Shown here: positions 1 to 10,522 of the stretch, in pieces | How the letters are laid out: each line of letters begins with the position of its first letter | Position numbering within the stretch: the stretch's first letter is position 1 | NCBI GenBank assembly: GCA_030153785.1 | Contig: JASKLF010000008.1 | Coordinates: forward strand, 1 to 64,000 | DNA: 64,000 nucleotides | Reading direction: 5' to 3' | Source: a bacterium | Lineage (GTDB): Bacteria; Synergistota; GBS-1 | Position numbers and translations under genes: made by a program | Notes under the pieces: model-generated | Databases searched by the model: none | The model's input: only the letters and a program-made list of their open reading frames with translations | What the model was told of the DNA's origin: nothing

Positions 1-75
1 AGGTGTGCCTGGTGAGGGGGGTGAAGTCGTAACAAGGTAGCCGTAGCGGAAGCTGCGGCTGGATCACCTCCTTTC
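1..75 (+). rRNA. rrs: 16S rRNA, 3' end (partial)
   Basis: Contains AAGTCGTAACAAGGTAGCCGT, the helix 45 hairpin (GCCGTAGC GGAA GCTGCGGC) and the anti-SD GGATCACCTCCTTT; exact 3' end approximate. Confidence 0.97.
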
Positions 76-134
76 TAAGGAGTCCTTTAAGAAAGAGAAG
101 GTATGGGAGCACGCTATTCTCTTTTAACCGTGGT

Positions 135-212
135 GGGCCTATAGCTCAGATCGGTAAGAGCGCACGCCTGATAAGCGTGAGGTCGGAGGTTCGAATCCTC
201 CTAGGCCCACCA
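135..212 (+). tRNA. tRNA-Ile (GAT)
   Basis: Acceptor GGGCCTA/TAGGCCC, anticodon arm CACGC-CTGATAA-GCGTG, T loop GGTTCGAATCC, encoded CCA. Confidence 0.97.
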
Positions 213-220
213 TTTTTAAT

Positions 221-295
221 GGGGCGGTAGCTCAATGGGAGAGCGTCTGGTTTGCAACCAGAAGGTTGGGGGTTCGAGTCCCCTCCGCTCCACCA
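221..295 (+). tRNA. tRNA-Ala (TGC)
   Basis: Acceptor GGGGCGG/CCGCTCC with G3:U70, anticodon arm TCTGG-TTTGCAA-CCAGA, T loop GGTTCGAGTCC, encoded CCA. Confidence 0.97.
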
Positions 296-320
296 AAAAT
301 AATAACAATGGAGAGATGAG

Positions 321-350
321 AGGCCGGGTTTAAGTTGTCCCGGCTTTTAT
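321..350 (+). terminator. Probable intrinsic terminator after tRNA-Ala
   Basis: GCCGGG(323-328)/CCCGGC(339-344) stem followed by TTTTAT. Confidence 0.65.
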
Positions 351-357
351 ATTTATC

Positions 358-597
358 TTGAAGATGCGGTTAGATAAATTTTTAAAGAAAAGTGGTATAA
401 TAAAAAGAAGAACTTTAGCTCAAGAAATGATTGAAAAAGGCTTAGTTTTTTTGAATAATAAGGAAGCAAAGCCTTCCTCGATGGTGAAGGAAGGGGATCA
501 GATATGTGTTGTTTTCCCCTATAAGGTAAAACTCTTTAAAGTTAGTCGTTTAAAAAATGATGATGAGATTGAAATTTTAGAGGTAAAGGAGGAATAA
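358..597 (+). CDS. S4-domain RNA-binding protein (RqcP/YabO/Hsp15 family)
   Basis: MRLDKFLK..IIKRRTLA..AKPS..VKEGD signature; short form; start may be ATG at 364. Confidence 0.85.
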   Translation: MKMRLDKFLKKSGIIKRRTLAQEMIEKGLVFLNNKEAKPSSMVKEGDQICVVFPYKVKLFKVSRLKNDDEIEILEVKEE

Positions 598-617
598 GAA
601 TTTTTATCAGGAGTTTT

Positions 618-2563
<1,946 letters not shown>

Positions 2564-2564
2564 G

Positions 2565-4076
2565 TTATTGAGTATTTTTGTCGTCATTTAAACTTTGGGA
2601 TAGAGTGAAATTAATATACTTAGTTAAAAGGTTTTTGAAATCTTTCTTGTGTCTACTTTTTTGGAGAGTCCGGAGTAATTCTTCAAAAAAGATTTTAGGA
2701 ACTATATTGGCTGCTATATTCCAATAAGCTCCGAGAAGAAGGGGGTGTTTTATCCAGCATTTTTTCCAGTAAGCCAGACTTTTCGATATGTTACCTTGTA
2801 ACAAAGCTACTAATCCTGCCACAAAGTATAAGAAGGCATCTTCTCTCGATGTAAGTAAGGCATACTGGACTATATCGAAAGCAGTTTCTATGTCTCCTTG
2901 ATAAATGTGGCAAATAGCTAAGTTGGCATAGGCGTAAGTATCGCTTGGGTTAAGTTCCAAAGTTTTCTCCCATAGTTCGATTGCTTCATCTAAGTCTCCG
3001 ATTTGTTGGTAAAGAGAAGCCAGCATCGAAATCACTTCTTTGTTAGTAGGTTGGTGTTCTTTTAGTTTTTGAAAGTAGAGGAGCGCTTTTTCGTAATTTC
3101 CTTCTTCAATGTAAGCTTTTCCAAGCTTCTCTAATAGTTTTGGACTTTCTCCAAACTCCTTAAGGAGTTTTTCCCATAATTCTATTGCTTCTGAGACTTG
3201 TCCTTTTTTAAAATAGAGCAGTCCAACCAGATATTGCAGTTTTGGGTTATTGGAATCCTCTTTTAGGAGTTCCTTTATCATTAATGAAGCTTCTTCGAAA
3301 TTTCCTTTATTTATCATATGTTTTGCTGTGTTTATAAGTATTTCTTTGTCTTCGGGGAAAATAGAGTGTAGTTCCTTAAGGGTAGTTACTACAAGAGGTT
3401 CATCACTTATGTATTCAAGGAGGTTTAACAATAGCTGTTTTATTTCATTTTTCCTTTCGTCTGTTTTTTCCTCTTCTATAAGTCTGAGTAGTAAGGTAAT
3501 AGCCTCTTTAGGCTTAAAAATGTTTATGTATATCTCGGCCAGCCGATAGATAGCTTCTATGTTATCAGGGTTTTCCTCCTCAACCTCTTTCCATAGCTTC
3601 AATGCTTCGTTTTCTTTTCCTTCTGCGTATAAAATTTTAGCAAGGTTTATCTTAGCTTCCCAATTCAGGGGATCCGTTTTTAGGGTGGTTTCATAGTAAT
3701 GTTTGGCTTGTTGTAAGTCATTTTTTTCTAAATTGTAATCAGCAAGTGTTAGAAGGGTTGGGATGTAGTTTGGATTTTCATGTAAAACTTCTAACCATTC
3801 CTTTATAGCCTCGTTGACCTTCCCTTGGAGATAGTAGACCAGGCCCAAATTGTGTTTCGCTGGCACATTTTTTCTGTCCATCAATAAAACCTGTTTGAAC
3901 TGAAGTTCAGCCTTATTAAGAGCTCGTGTAATTGTGTAGGTTCTACCAAGCTCAAGATGCGCTTCTATATAGGAAGGATCTTCTTTTACAGCTTTTTTAA
4001 GAAGTCTAATAGCTTCTTCATAATTCCCCTTTTCTTTTTCCTTTTTTGCTTTTTTCAAAAATAAAATTTCTTTCAT
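2565..4076 (-). CDS. Tetratricopeptide repeat protein
   Basis: Many 34-aa TPR-like repeats (e.g. AKHNLGLVYYLQGKVNEAIKEW), no catalytic domain seen; SD AAGGAG upstream. Confidence 0.85.
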   Translation of the reverse strand: MKEILFLKKAKKEKEKGNYEEAIRLLKKAVKEDPSYIEAHLELGRTYTITRALNKAELQFKQVLLMDRKNVPAKHNLGLVYYLQGKVNEAIKEWLEVLHENPNYIPTLLTLADYNLEKNDLQQAKHYYETTLKTDPLNWEAKINLAKILYAEGKENEALKLWKEVEEENPDNIEAIYRLAEIYINIFKPKEAITLLLRLIEEEKTDERKNEIKQLLLNLLEYISDEPLVVTTLKELHSIFPEDKEILINTAKHMINKGNFEEASLMIKELLKEDSNNPKLQYLVGLLYFKKGQVSEAIELWEKLLKEFGESPKLLEKLGKAYIEEGNYEKALLYFQKLKEHQPTNKEVISMLASLYQQIGDLDEAIELWEKTLELNPSDTYAYANLAICHIYQGDIETAFDIVQYALLTSREDAFLYFVAGLVALLQGNISKSLAYWKKCWIKHPLLLGAYWNIAANIVPKIFFEELLRTLQKSRHKKDFKNLLTKYINFTLSQSLNDDKNTQ

Positions 4077-4097
4077 TTTTTTTTCTTTCTCCTTTTA

Positions 4098-6683
4098 TCA
4101 TATTTCTTCCATGTTCCCCCAGTTTTTCCCTTTCTTGAGGTTCACTTTTAAGGGAACCGATAACTTAACAGCGTTTGTCATCACTTCTTTAATGGTTTCT
4201 ATCTCCTCTTTTAGCTTTTCTTCGGGACCTTCAAAGAGTAACTCGTCGTGGATTTGTAAGACCGTTTTAAAATGCTTTAATTTTTTGTGAAGTTCAACCA
4301 TAGCTAACTTTATTATATCAGCTGCGCTTCCCTGCATAGGAGTATTTATGGCATACCTTTCCGCTTGCTCTCTTAGCTTTTTGTAGTTACTAGTGAGATT
4401 TTCTATCTTTCTTTTTCTTCCTAAAAGTGTTTTGACATATCCTTTGATTCTTGCGTCACTTAACAAGTTTTCTATAAACTCTTTTACTTTAGGATATCTT
4501 TCAAAATATCTACTTATGTATGCTTGGGCTTCTTGTTGGGATATCCTAAGCTCTTGGGCTAAGCCATGAGGACTCATGCCATATATTATACCAAAGTTTA
4601 TGACTTTAGCTATTCTTCTTCTTTCTTCCGTAACCTGGTTTTCAGGGATGCCAAATATTTCTGCTGCTGTTTTGGTATGAATGTCTAACCCTTTATTAAA
4701 AGCTTCCATTAGTGTGGGATCTTGAGAAAAGTGAGCAAGTATTCTTAGTTCGATTTGAGAGTAATCTGCTGAGACAAAAATATTTTCCTCTCTTTTTACC
4801 TTGAAAGCTTTTCTAATAGCTTTTCCTATGGGAGTTCCTATAGGAATATTTTGCAAATTAGGCTCGCTTGAGGAAAGCCTTCCTGTAGCTGTTACCGTTT
4901 GATTAAAGCTTGTATGTATGCAACCCGTTTTAGGGTGTATTAGTTTTGGTAAGCTTGAGATATATGTGCTTTTAAGCTTCGAAAGTTGCCTATACAGTAT
5001 AATGTTTTCGATTACATCGCTGTACGGATTTTCAGGGGTTAAGAGTTCTGTAAGAGTCTGTACATCTGTGGATAGCTTTCTATGACTCTTTGGCTTTAAC
5101 TTAAGATGTTCAAACAATACTTCTGAGAGTTGTTTTGGAGAGTTTATATTAAACCTTATCCCTGTGCGAGAGAATATTTCTTTCTCTATCTTCTTTAATT
5201 CCTTTTCTATTTCTGTCTCTAAGGTTTTTAAAGCAAGATCGTCTAATTTAATACCCTCCGTTTCCATATCTGCAAGAACGTTTATCAATGGGAGTTCTAC
5301 TTTTTCAAAAATTTCAAGGAGATTCTCTTGCCTCAACTCTTTTAACAGCCTTTCCTTTAACTGGAAGGATAGCTCTGCTTCTTTTGCTATTCTTCTTGTT
5401 GAGTTTTCAGCTGGTAGAACTTCTGCTAAGAAAGAGGAAGCAATGTTTTCTAAGGTGTGTGATACTCTCGTAGGGTCGATTAGATAAGAGGCAATTGATA
5501 TATCAAAATTTATGTTATTTACACTGAAGCCTTCCCTTTTTAGAGTGACGATGCTTTTCTTTAGGTCACAGCCTATTTTAGGAATAGTAGAGGAAATAAC
5601 ATAGTGAAGATGGTTTAGAAGCTCGAAGAGGTTGAAATTTTCTGTTAAATATATGAATGCCTTTTGAGGTTTCGCTATACAGATTCCTTCTATGCTTGCC
5701 CACATAGGGGGGTGTTCACTTGTGAGGACCTTAAGGTAGATTTCTTTTGCACTAATTAGCTCTTGAAGGGACCTTTTTAAGGATATGTGGTCTCGAACGA
5801 CTTCATAATCGATGTTCGTTTTAACTTCTACAGAGGTTTCTTTGTCAAGTTCTAATTCTTTTATTATGCTTTGGAATTCCAAATCCTTGAGAATATTAAA
5901 AAGCTCTATCTTGTTTGGTTCAGATATTCTTAGTTCATCAAGACTTATATCAATAGGTAAATCTTTCCTTATAGTAGCTAAGGATAGGTATGTTTTAAGG
6001 TTTTCTACATTTTCTTTTATGGCTTTGAGTCCTGCATTGGCAATAATTTCATCTATGGTCCCATATCTTTTAACCAATTCAATAGCTTTTTTAGGACCGA
6101 TCGAAGGTATTCCAGGGATATTGTCTGATGGGTCTCCTTTTAAGGCTATAAAAAGGGGAAGTTTGTCGGGTTCTATGCCAAATTCTTTAATGATTCTTTC
6201 GTAATCGTAAGTTTCTATTTCTGTTATTCCTTTGATGGTTTTTAAAAGCTTGGTTTTACGGGTTACAAGTTGTAAAGCGTCTTTGTCTGCGCTTACTATG
6301 TAGGTTTCAAAGTTCTCTTTTTCGGCTATTGTAGATATGGTGCCTATTATGTCATCGGCTTCATATCCTTCAATTTCTATGCTTTTTATTCCCATGGCTT
6401 TTAAAATGTCTTTCGTAATTTTTATTTGGGGTTTCAGCTTATCTGGTAGGGGTGGGCGTTTGGTCTTATACTCTTTAAATTCCATATGTCTAAATGTGGG
6501 TTTTGGGGTATCAAATGCTACACCGAAATGAGAGGGTTTATAGTCCTTAAGTAGTTTTAGTAACATTCTTAGAAAGCCATAGATCGCATTTGTTGGAAGA
6601 CCATTTTTGGTAGATAGTGAGGGAAGGGCGTAAAAGGCACGATACAACATACTATGACCATCTATTAGAATCAACCTATTCAA
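4098..6683 (-). CDS. polA: DNA polymerase I
   Basis: 5' nuclease (LIDGHS..YRAFYALP, EADD), motif A ADYSQIELR, motif B AKVINFGIIYG, motif C QIHDEL; TTG start chosen from GGGGTGA SD (alternative GTG at 6692). Confidence 0.97.
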   Translation of the reverse strand: MNRLILIDGHSMLYRAFYALPSLSTKNGLPTNAIYGFLRMLLKLLKDYKPSHFGVAFDTPKPTFRHMEFKEYKTKRPPLPDKLKPQIKITKDILKAMGIKSIEIEGYEADDIIGTISTIAEKENFETYIVSADKDALQLVTRKTKLLKTIKGITEIETYDYERIIKEFGIEPDKLPLFIALKGDPSDNIPGIPSIGPKKAIELVKRYGTIDEIIANAGLKAIKENVENLKTYLSLATIRKDLPIDISLDELRISEPNKIELFNILKDLEFQSIIKELELDKETSVEVKTNIDYEVVRDHISLKRSLQELISAKEIYLKVLTSEHPPMWASIEGICIAKPQKAFIYLTENFNLFELLNHLHYVISSTIPKIGCDLKKSIVTLKREGFSVNNINFDISIASYLIDPTRVSHTLENIASSFLAEVLPAENSTRRIAKEAELSFQLKERLLKELRQENLLEIFEKVELPLINVLADMETEGIKLDDLALKTLETEIEKELKKIEKEIFSRTGIRFNINSPKQLSEVLFEHLKLKPKSHRKLSTDVQTLTELLTPENPYSDVIENIILYRQLSKLKSTYISSLPKLIHPKTGCIHTSFNQTVTATGRLSSSEPNLQNIPIGTPIGKAIRKAFKVKREENIFVSADYSQIELRILAHFSQDPTLMEAFNKGLDIHTKTAAEIFGIPENQVTEERRRIAKVINFGIIYGMSPHGLAQELRISQQEAQAYISRYFERYPKVKEFIENLLSDARIKGYVKTLLGRKRKIENLTSNYKKLREQAERYAINTPMQGSAADIIKLAMVELHKKLKHFKTVLQIHDELLFEGPEEKLKEEIETIKEVMTNAVKLSVPLKVNLKKGKNWGNMEEI

Positions 6684-6706
6684 GGTTATCACCCCTTTGG
6701 TTTATG

Positions 6707-6735
6707 TTGCCCTATTTTTTCCCTTATTGTAAAAT
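6707..6735 (+). promoter_or_regulatory. Putative sigma70 promoter for fbp
   Basis: TTGCCC-17 bp-TAAAAT upstream of SD AAGGAGG. Confidence 0.45.
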
Positions 6736-6773
6736 AGATACGGTAAAAAGTAAACGGAAGGAGGTCAAGATAC

Positions 6774-7862
6774 ATGATTACTATTTCTTTAATTAAGGCA
6801 GACATTGGTAGCTTTCCTGGTCATACTCGAGCTCCACAGAAGTTGATTGACAAATGTAAAGAGTATCTTGAGGAGGTTAAGGGACAGTTAATAGTAGATT
6901 ATTATGTTACTAGATGTGGGGATGATATTCAACTTCTTATGACTCATACGAAGGGGGTGGATAACGAAGAGATTCATGCTTTGGCCTGGTCCGTTTTTGA
7001 GAGAGCTGCAAACATAGCTATAGAAGATAAACTATACGGTGCGGGTCAGGATCTTCTTGCAGATGCTTTTTCTGGAAATATAAGAGGACTTGGGCCTGGT
7101 TGTGCGGAGATGGAATTTGAGGAAAGAGAAGCAGAATCTATAATCGCTTTTATGTGCGATAAGACTGACCCTGCTGCTTTTAATCTTCCCTTGTTTAAAA
7201 TATTTGCTGATCCGTTTAACACACCTGGCTTGGTAATAGACAAAAAGCTTACCCAAGGGTTTGTTTTTGAGGTTCACGATCTTATGGCAGGGAAGAAAAT
7301 TTCCTTGAAAACTCCTGAGGAGATGTATGAACTTCTTGCCCTAATAGGAAACAGAGACCGTTATGCTATAAAACGGATATATAGGAAAGATGGTCTTCTT
7401 GCTGCGGTAGTAAGTACTGAAAAGCTTAGTCTTATAGCTGGCGAATATGTGGGAAAGGATGACCCTGTTGCTTTGGTTAGGTGCCAGGGAGGGCTTCCTG
7501 CAGTTGGTGAAGTTTTAGAGCCCTTTGCTTTTCCGCAACTTGTCGCTGGTTGGATGAGAGGATCTCATTGGGGTCCGTTAATGCCGGTGTCGGAAAAAGA
7601 CGCTAACCCTAGCAGATTTGATGGACCGCCACGCGTTATCGCTCTTGGTTTTCAATTAAGACATGGTAAACTTTTGGGTCCTGTAGATATGTTTGCTGAT
7701 GTGGCTTTTGATAGGGCGAGGGCACTGGCAAATGAAATCGCTGATTATATAAGAATGCATGGTCCTTTTCAGCCGCACAGACTTTCGGAAGAGCAGATGG
7801 AATATACAACTCTTCCTCATGTGTTAGAGAAATTAAGCTCTCGTTTCGCTCCAATAGAGTAG
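6774..7862 (+). CDS. fbp: Bifunctional fructose-1,6-bisphosphate aldolase/phosphatase (class V FBPase)
   Basis: KADIG, LYGAGQDLL, YVGKDDP (Schiff-base Lys), GWMRGSH, EYTTLP. Confidence 0.95.
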   Translation: MITISLIKADIGSFPGHTRAPQKLIDKCKEYLEEVKGQLIVDYYVTRCGDDIQLLMTHTKGVDNEEIHALAWSVFERAANIAIEDKLYGAGQDLLADAFSGNIRGLGPGCAEMEFEEREAESIIAFMCDKTDPAAFNLPLFKIFADPFNTPGLVIDKKLTQGFVFEVHDLMAGKKISLKTPEEMYELLALIGNRDRYAIKRIYRKDGLLAAVVSTEKLSLIAGEYVGKDDPVALVRCQGGLPAVGEVLEPFAFPQLVAGWMRGSHWGPLMPVSEKDANPSRFDGPPRVIALGFQLRHGKLLGPVDMFADVAFDRARALANEIADYIRMHGPFQPHRLSEEQMEYTTLPHVLEKLSSRFAPIE

Positions 7863-7901
7863 ACTTAAGGGGGGCTAAGCTTAGCCCCCCTTAAGTCTAC
7901 T
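7858..7901. repeat. Perfect 44-bp palindrome between convergent genes (possible bidirectional terminator)
   Basis: AGTAGACTTAAGGGGGGCTAAG|CTTAGCCCCCCTTAAGTCTACT, no spacer. Confidence 0.85.
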
Positions 7902-9141
7902 ATTTCTTTCTTATATTTATGTCTCCCTCTGAAGTAGTAAGTTTAAGTAATGCCTTGTATTGGTTAAGTACACCTGTTAATTCATCTCTACTGCTTTGGG
8001 TGATTATAAGGGGAAGCTCGCAAGAAATTATCCCTTTTATAGTTTTTGCAACTATAGCTGTAGATGCATCAGAAGGAATTTTCACATTTATGGTTCCTTC
8101 CGATGTTTCCACTATGTACCTTCCGTTTTCCTTTACCACTGTGTCGAGATTAATATCCCCACTGTTTGAGGATAACTCTATCCGGTGGGAATGTTTATTC
8201 CCCAACGTTAGGGACCCCTGTTTAAAGTGTACAGAAATATTACCTTCTATATCGTCGAGGAACATGTCTCCTTCTTCTACTACGACATTTAAATTCTTTT
8301 GAATGTATTCTCCTATTATCTTCGTTTTTGTGGCTTTTATTTCAACACTACCTTCAATATCAAAGAAAGACACGTTTCCTTTGTTTATATTGATTGCTAC
8401 ATTCTGCTTCGAGTGAAATACCTTAATGTTTCCTTCAGAGCTTTCTATGTCTAAATTGCCGGCTATATTTTCGATATGAACCTCACCTTTTTCTGTAATT
8501 ATGGTTGCATTTCCACCTATATTAGTTACTAAAAGATTCCCCAAAGAAGTTTGGGCATGGACATTTCCCGAGATATTCCTTATAAAAACGTTACCCGAAG
8601 TGGTTTTAACCCTCAGGTTTCTATTAAGATCACTAATAAAGACATTACTTTCTTCTGCTTCTATGGAAACGTTTAGGTTTCTGGGAATAAAGAGTTTGTA
8701 ACTTACATAGCTTGTTCTTTTGCTATCAAGTTGTGGCAAGTATGTTTCCAAAGATATGCTTTCGTCTCTTTGAATTACCCTGATTTCTACCTCTTTGCAT
8801 AGATCTTGAGCCTCTTTTTTATTTCTTCCCCAAGAGTGTTTAACAGCGGTAATCTTAAGGAGCATTTGATCCCAAGATTTTATCACTATATCTCCCGCTT
8901 TATTCATGCACGATAGCAATGCGTTTTCCGGTACAAGCAGAAGCTTTTCAAAAGGTTCGGTATACTCTACAAGGGCTTCACTTTTCACCACACTTTCAGT
9001 CACCATGAGCATTCCTCCCTTAGGGGTGTTTTCTTCTTTCTTGGTAGATCTATCTTTAAGGCTGCCTTCAGGGGCAACCTGAGCCGAAGGTTTTTGTTTT
9101 ACTTTTAGAAAACTTATAAGTTCTTGGAACAAATTTGACAC
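7900..9141 (-). CDS. DUF4097-like beta-strand repeat protein
   Basis: Repeated T(S/T)SG(N/D)I/V beta motifs, ends LTTSEGDINIRKK; start uncertain (GTG 9141 or ATG 9006, both with SD). Confidence 0.7.
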   Translation of the reverse strand: MSNLFQELISFLKVKQKPSAQVAPEGSLKDRSTKKEENTPKGGMLMVTESVVKSEALVEYTEPFEKLLLVPENALLSCMNKAGDIVIKSWDQMLLKITAVKHSWGRNKKEAQDLCKEVEIRVIQRDESISLETYLPQLDSKRTSYVSYKLFIPRNLNVSIEAEESNVFISDLNRNLRVKTTSGNVFIRNISGNVHAQTSLGNLLVTNIGGNATIITEKGEVHIENIAGNLDIESSEGNIKVFHSKQNVAININKGNVSFFDIEGSVEIKATKTKIIGEYIQKNLNVVVEEGDMFLDDIEGNISVHFKQGSLTLGNKHSHRIELSSNSGDINLDTVVKENGRYIVETSEGTINVKIPSDASTAIVAKTIKGIISCELPLIITQSSRDELTGVLNQYKALLKLTTSEGDINIRKK

Positions 9142-9142
9142 T

Positions 9143-10072
9143 TTAATCTTCCTCCATGAATCCATGTAATAAATAGATGTCTCCGCTTCCCGTTTTAATC
9201 ACTAAGTTTCCTTCTCCATTTCCCAGTTTTAAGATGGTTTCTTCTCCAACTTCGAAAGGTTGTTCACTAAAGATTTTACCACAAATAGTCTCAAATTTTA
9301 TATAACAAGAGGAATGAAAGGGAATTTTAAGTTTTGCCCAACCTGAAGAGGTTGCTAAATGGTAGTTTCCATCACTTAAAGGGGTGAATTCCGCTTTTAT
9401 GTTACCGCTGGATGCCGTAATATTCAGGTTTAATGCTTCTACATCGCTTATAAAGACGTTTCCACTTCTTGTTTTTAGGTTAATATATCCGCTACATTCA
9501 TTTAAGTAAATATTTCCGCTTTCATCTTGAATATATAGTTCTCCTGCACAATTTTTTAATTTTACCGTTCCACTTAAGCTGTGAGCGGTTATTTTCCCCT
9601 CAAAGTTTTTAATCTCAATATTTGCTGGGCCAGAAAATATGTTTAGGTTGCCCTTCATGTTAGATATTTCTGTAGTGAATCTTTCTTTGTAAGAAATTTC
9701 TATCGAGCCTTCTTTACGGCTCCCATTCAGTTTCTGTAGACCCGTATCTATTGCCAAATTAACGTAGGGGGGAGCAAGGATATCTAAATCTACGGTAAAC
9801 TTTAAATCTGATTTGACGATAAAGCTGGGGACCAGCGTTTCTACAATTATCTCATCTTCGGTTCTCTTTTCTGTAAGCGTAACATGTTTTAACTTTTGTT
9901 CTGCTTCTGTTTGAGTAATTTCTCCCTGAACAGCCTTGGTTATAGCAAATTTTATTTCTTGACGGTTCCATGTTTTAAGTTTCGTGCTACCATAAAGATT
10001 TTTAATAGTTAATCGCGTTCCCGTTGCTATAGGGATGATTTTTTCTTCTATTTGTTTGAATGCCTCTTTCAT
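9143..10072 (-). CDS. DUF4097-like beta-strand repeat protein
   Basis: SGNI/SGDI repeats, ends IKTGSGDIYL; ATG at 10072 preceded by AAAGGAGAGG. Confidence 0.7.
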   Translation of the reverse strand: MKEAFKQIEEKIIPIATGTRLTIKNLYGSTKLKTWNRQEIKFAITKAVQGEITQTEAEQKLKHVTLTEKRTEDEIIVETLVPSFIVKSDLKFTVDLDILAPPYVNLAIDTGLQKLNGSRKEGSIEISYKERFTTEISNMKGNLNIFSGPANIEIKNFEGKITAHSLSGTVKLKNCAGELYIQDESGNIYLNECSGYINLKTRSGNVFISDVEALNLNITASSGNIKAEFTPLSDGNYHLATSSGWAKLKIPFHSSCYIKFETICGKIFSEQPFEVGEETILKLGNGEGNLVIKTGSGDIYLLHGFMEED

Positions 10073-10094
10073 GTTTACCTCTCCTTTAAGAAAA

Positions 10095-10103
10095 TGATAT
10101 AAT
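10095..10103 (+). promoter_or_regulatory. Extended -10 element
   Basis: TGATATAAT upstream of SD AGGAGG and the 10128 start. Confidence 0.45.
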
Positions 10104-10127
10104 CTTAGGAAGGAGGCGAATACAAAC

Positions 10128-10445
10128 TTGGATAACCAAAGATTACTTGAGATCATAAAAGAATTACTTGAGCTTTTAGTGGGTGAGCTTTCTGTCTTAA
10201 ATAAGAGAATAGAAAATATAGAAGAAGAGCAAAGACAGATGCGTGCAATTCTTGAACTCTTACTAAACGGTAAAGAAGAGAAATTTTCTAAGGCCCAATC
10301 TCTTGCTGGTAAACTTTCTTCTGTAGTGTTTCGCAACAGAACGGAAACGTTCAGGATGAAAGATTATGTTTCCTTTTTAATGGAAAACCCTGAAAAGATT
10401 CCTCTTCAGGGCGTTTTTAAAAAGCCAACCCCTCGTAAAGAGTAA
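10128..10445 (+). CDS. Hypothetical coiled-coil protein
   Basis: Strong SD AGGAGG, TTG start, Leu/Glu heptad-like N-terminal half. Confidence 0.6.
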   Translation: MDNQRLLEIIKELLELLVGELSVLNKRIENIEEEQRQMRAILELLLNGKEEKFSKAQSLAGKLSSVVFRNRTETFRMKDYVSFLMENPEKIPLQGVFKKPTPRKE

Positions 10446-10522
10446 AAAACATACCCTTAGACCTAAGGATATCACAAAAATCTGTTTCTGTGTAGATGGT
10501 GTGAAAAAGTGAAAGTTAGAAG

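Noticed and set aside
91..130. Hairpin AAAGAGAA/TTCTCTTT and boxA-like CTCTTTTAAC in the rRNA spacer
   Set aside because: Weak match and an expected kind of spacer structure; cannot be assigned without the 16S leader.
10073..10336. N-terminal extension of the ORF 9143-10336
   Set aside because: It overlaps the divergent 10128 gene, and a strong SD supports the ATG at 10072.
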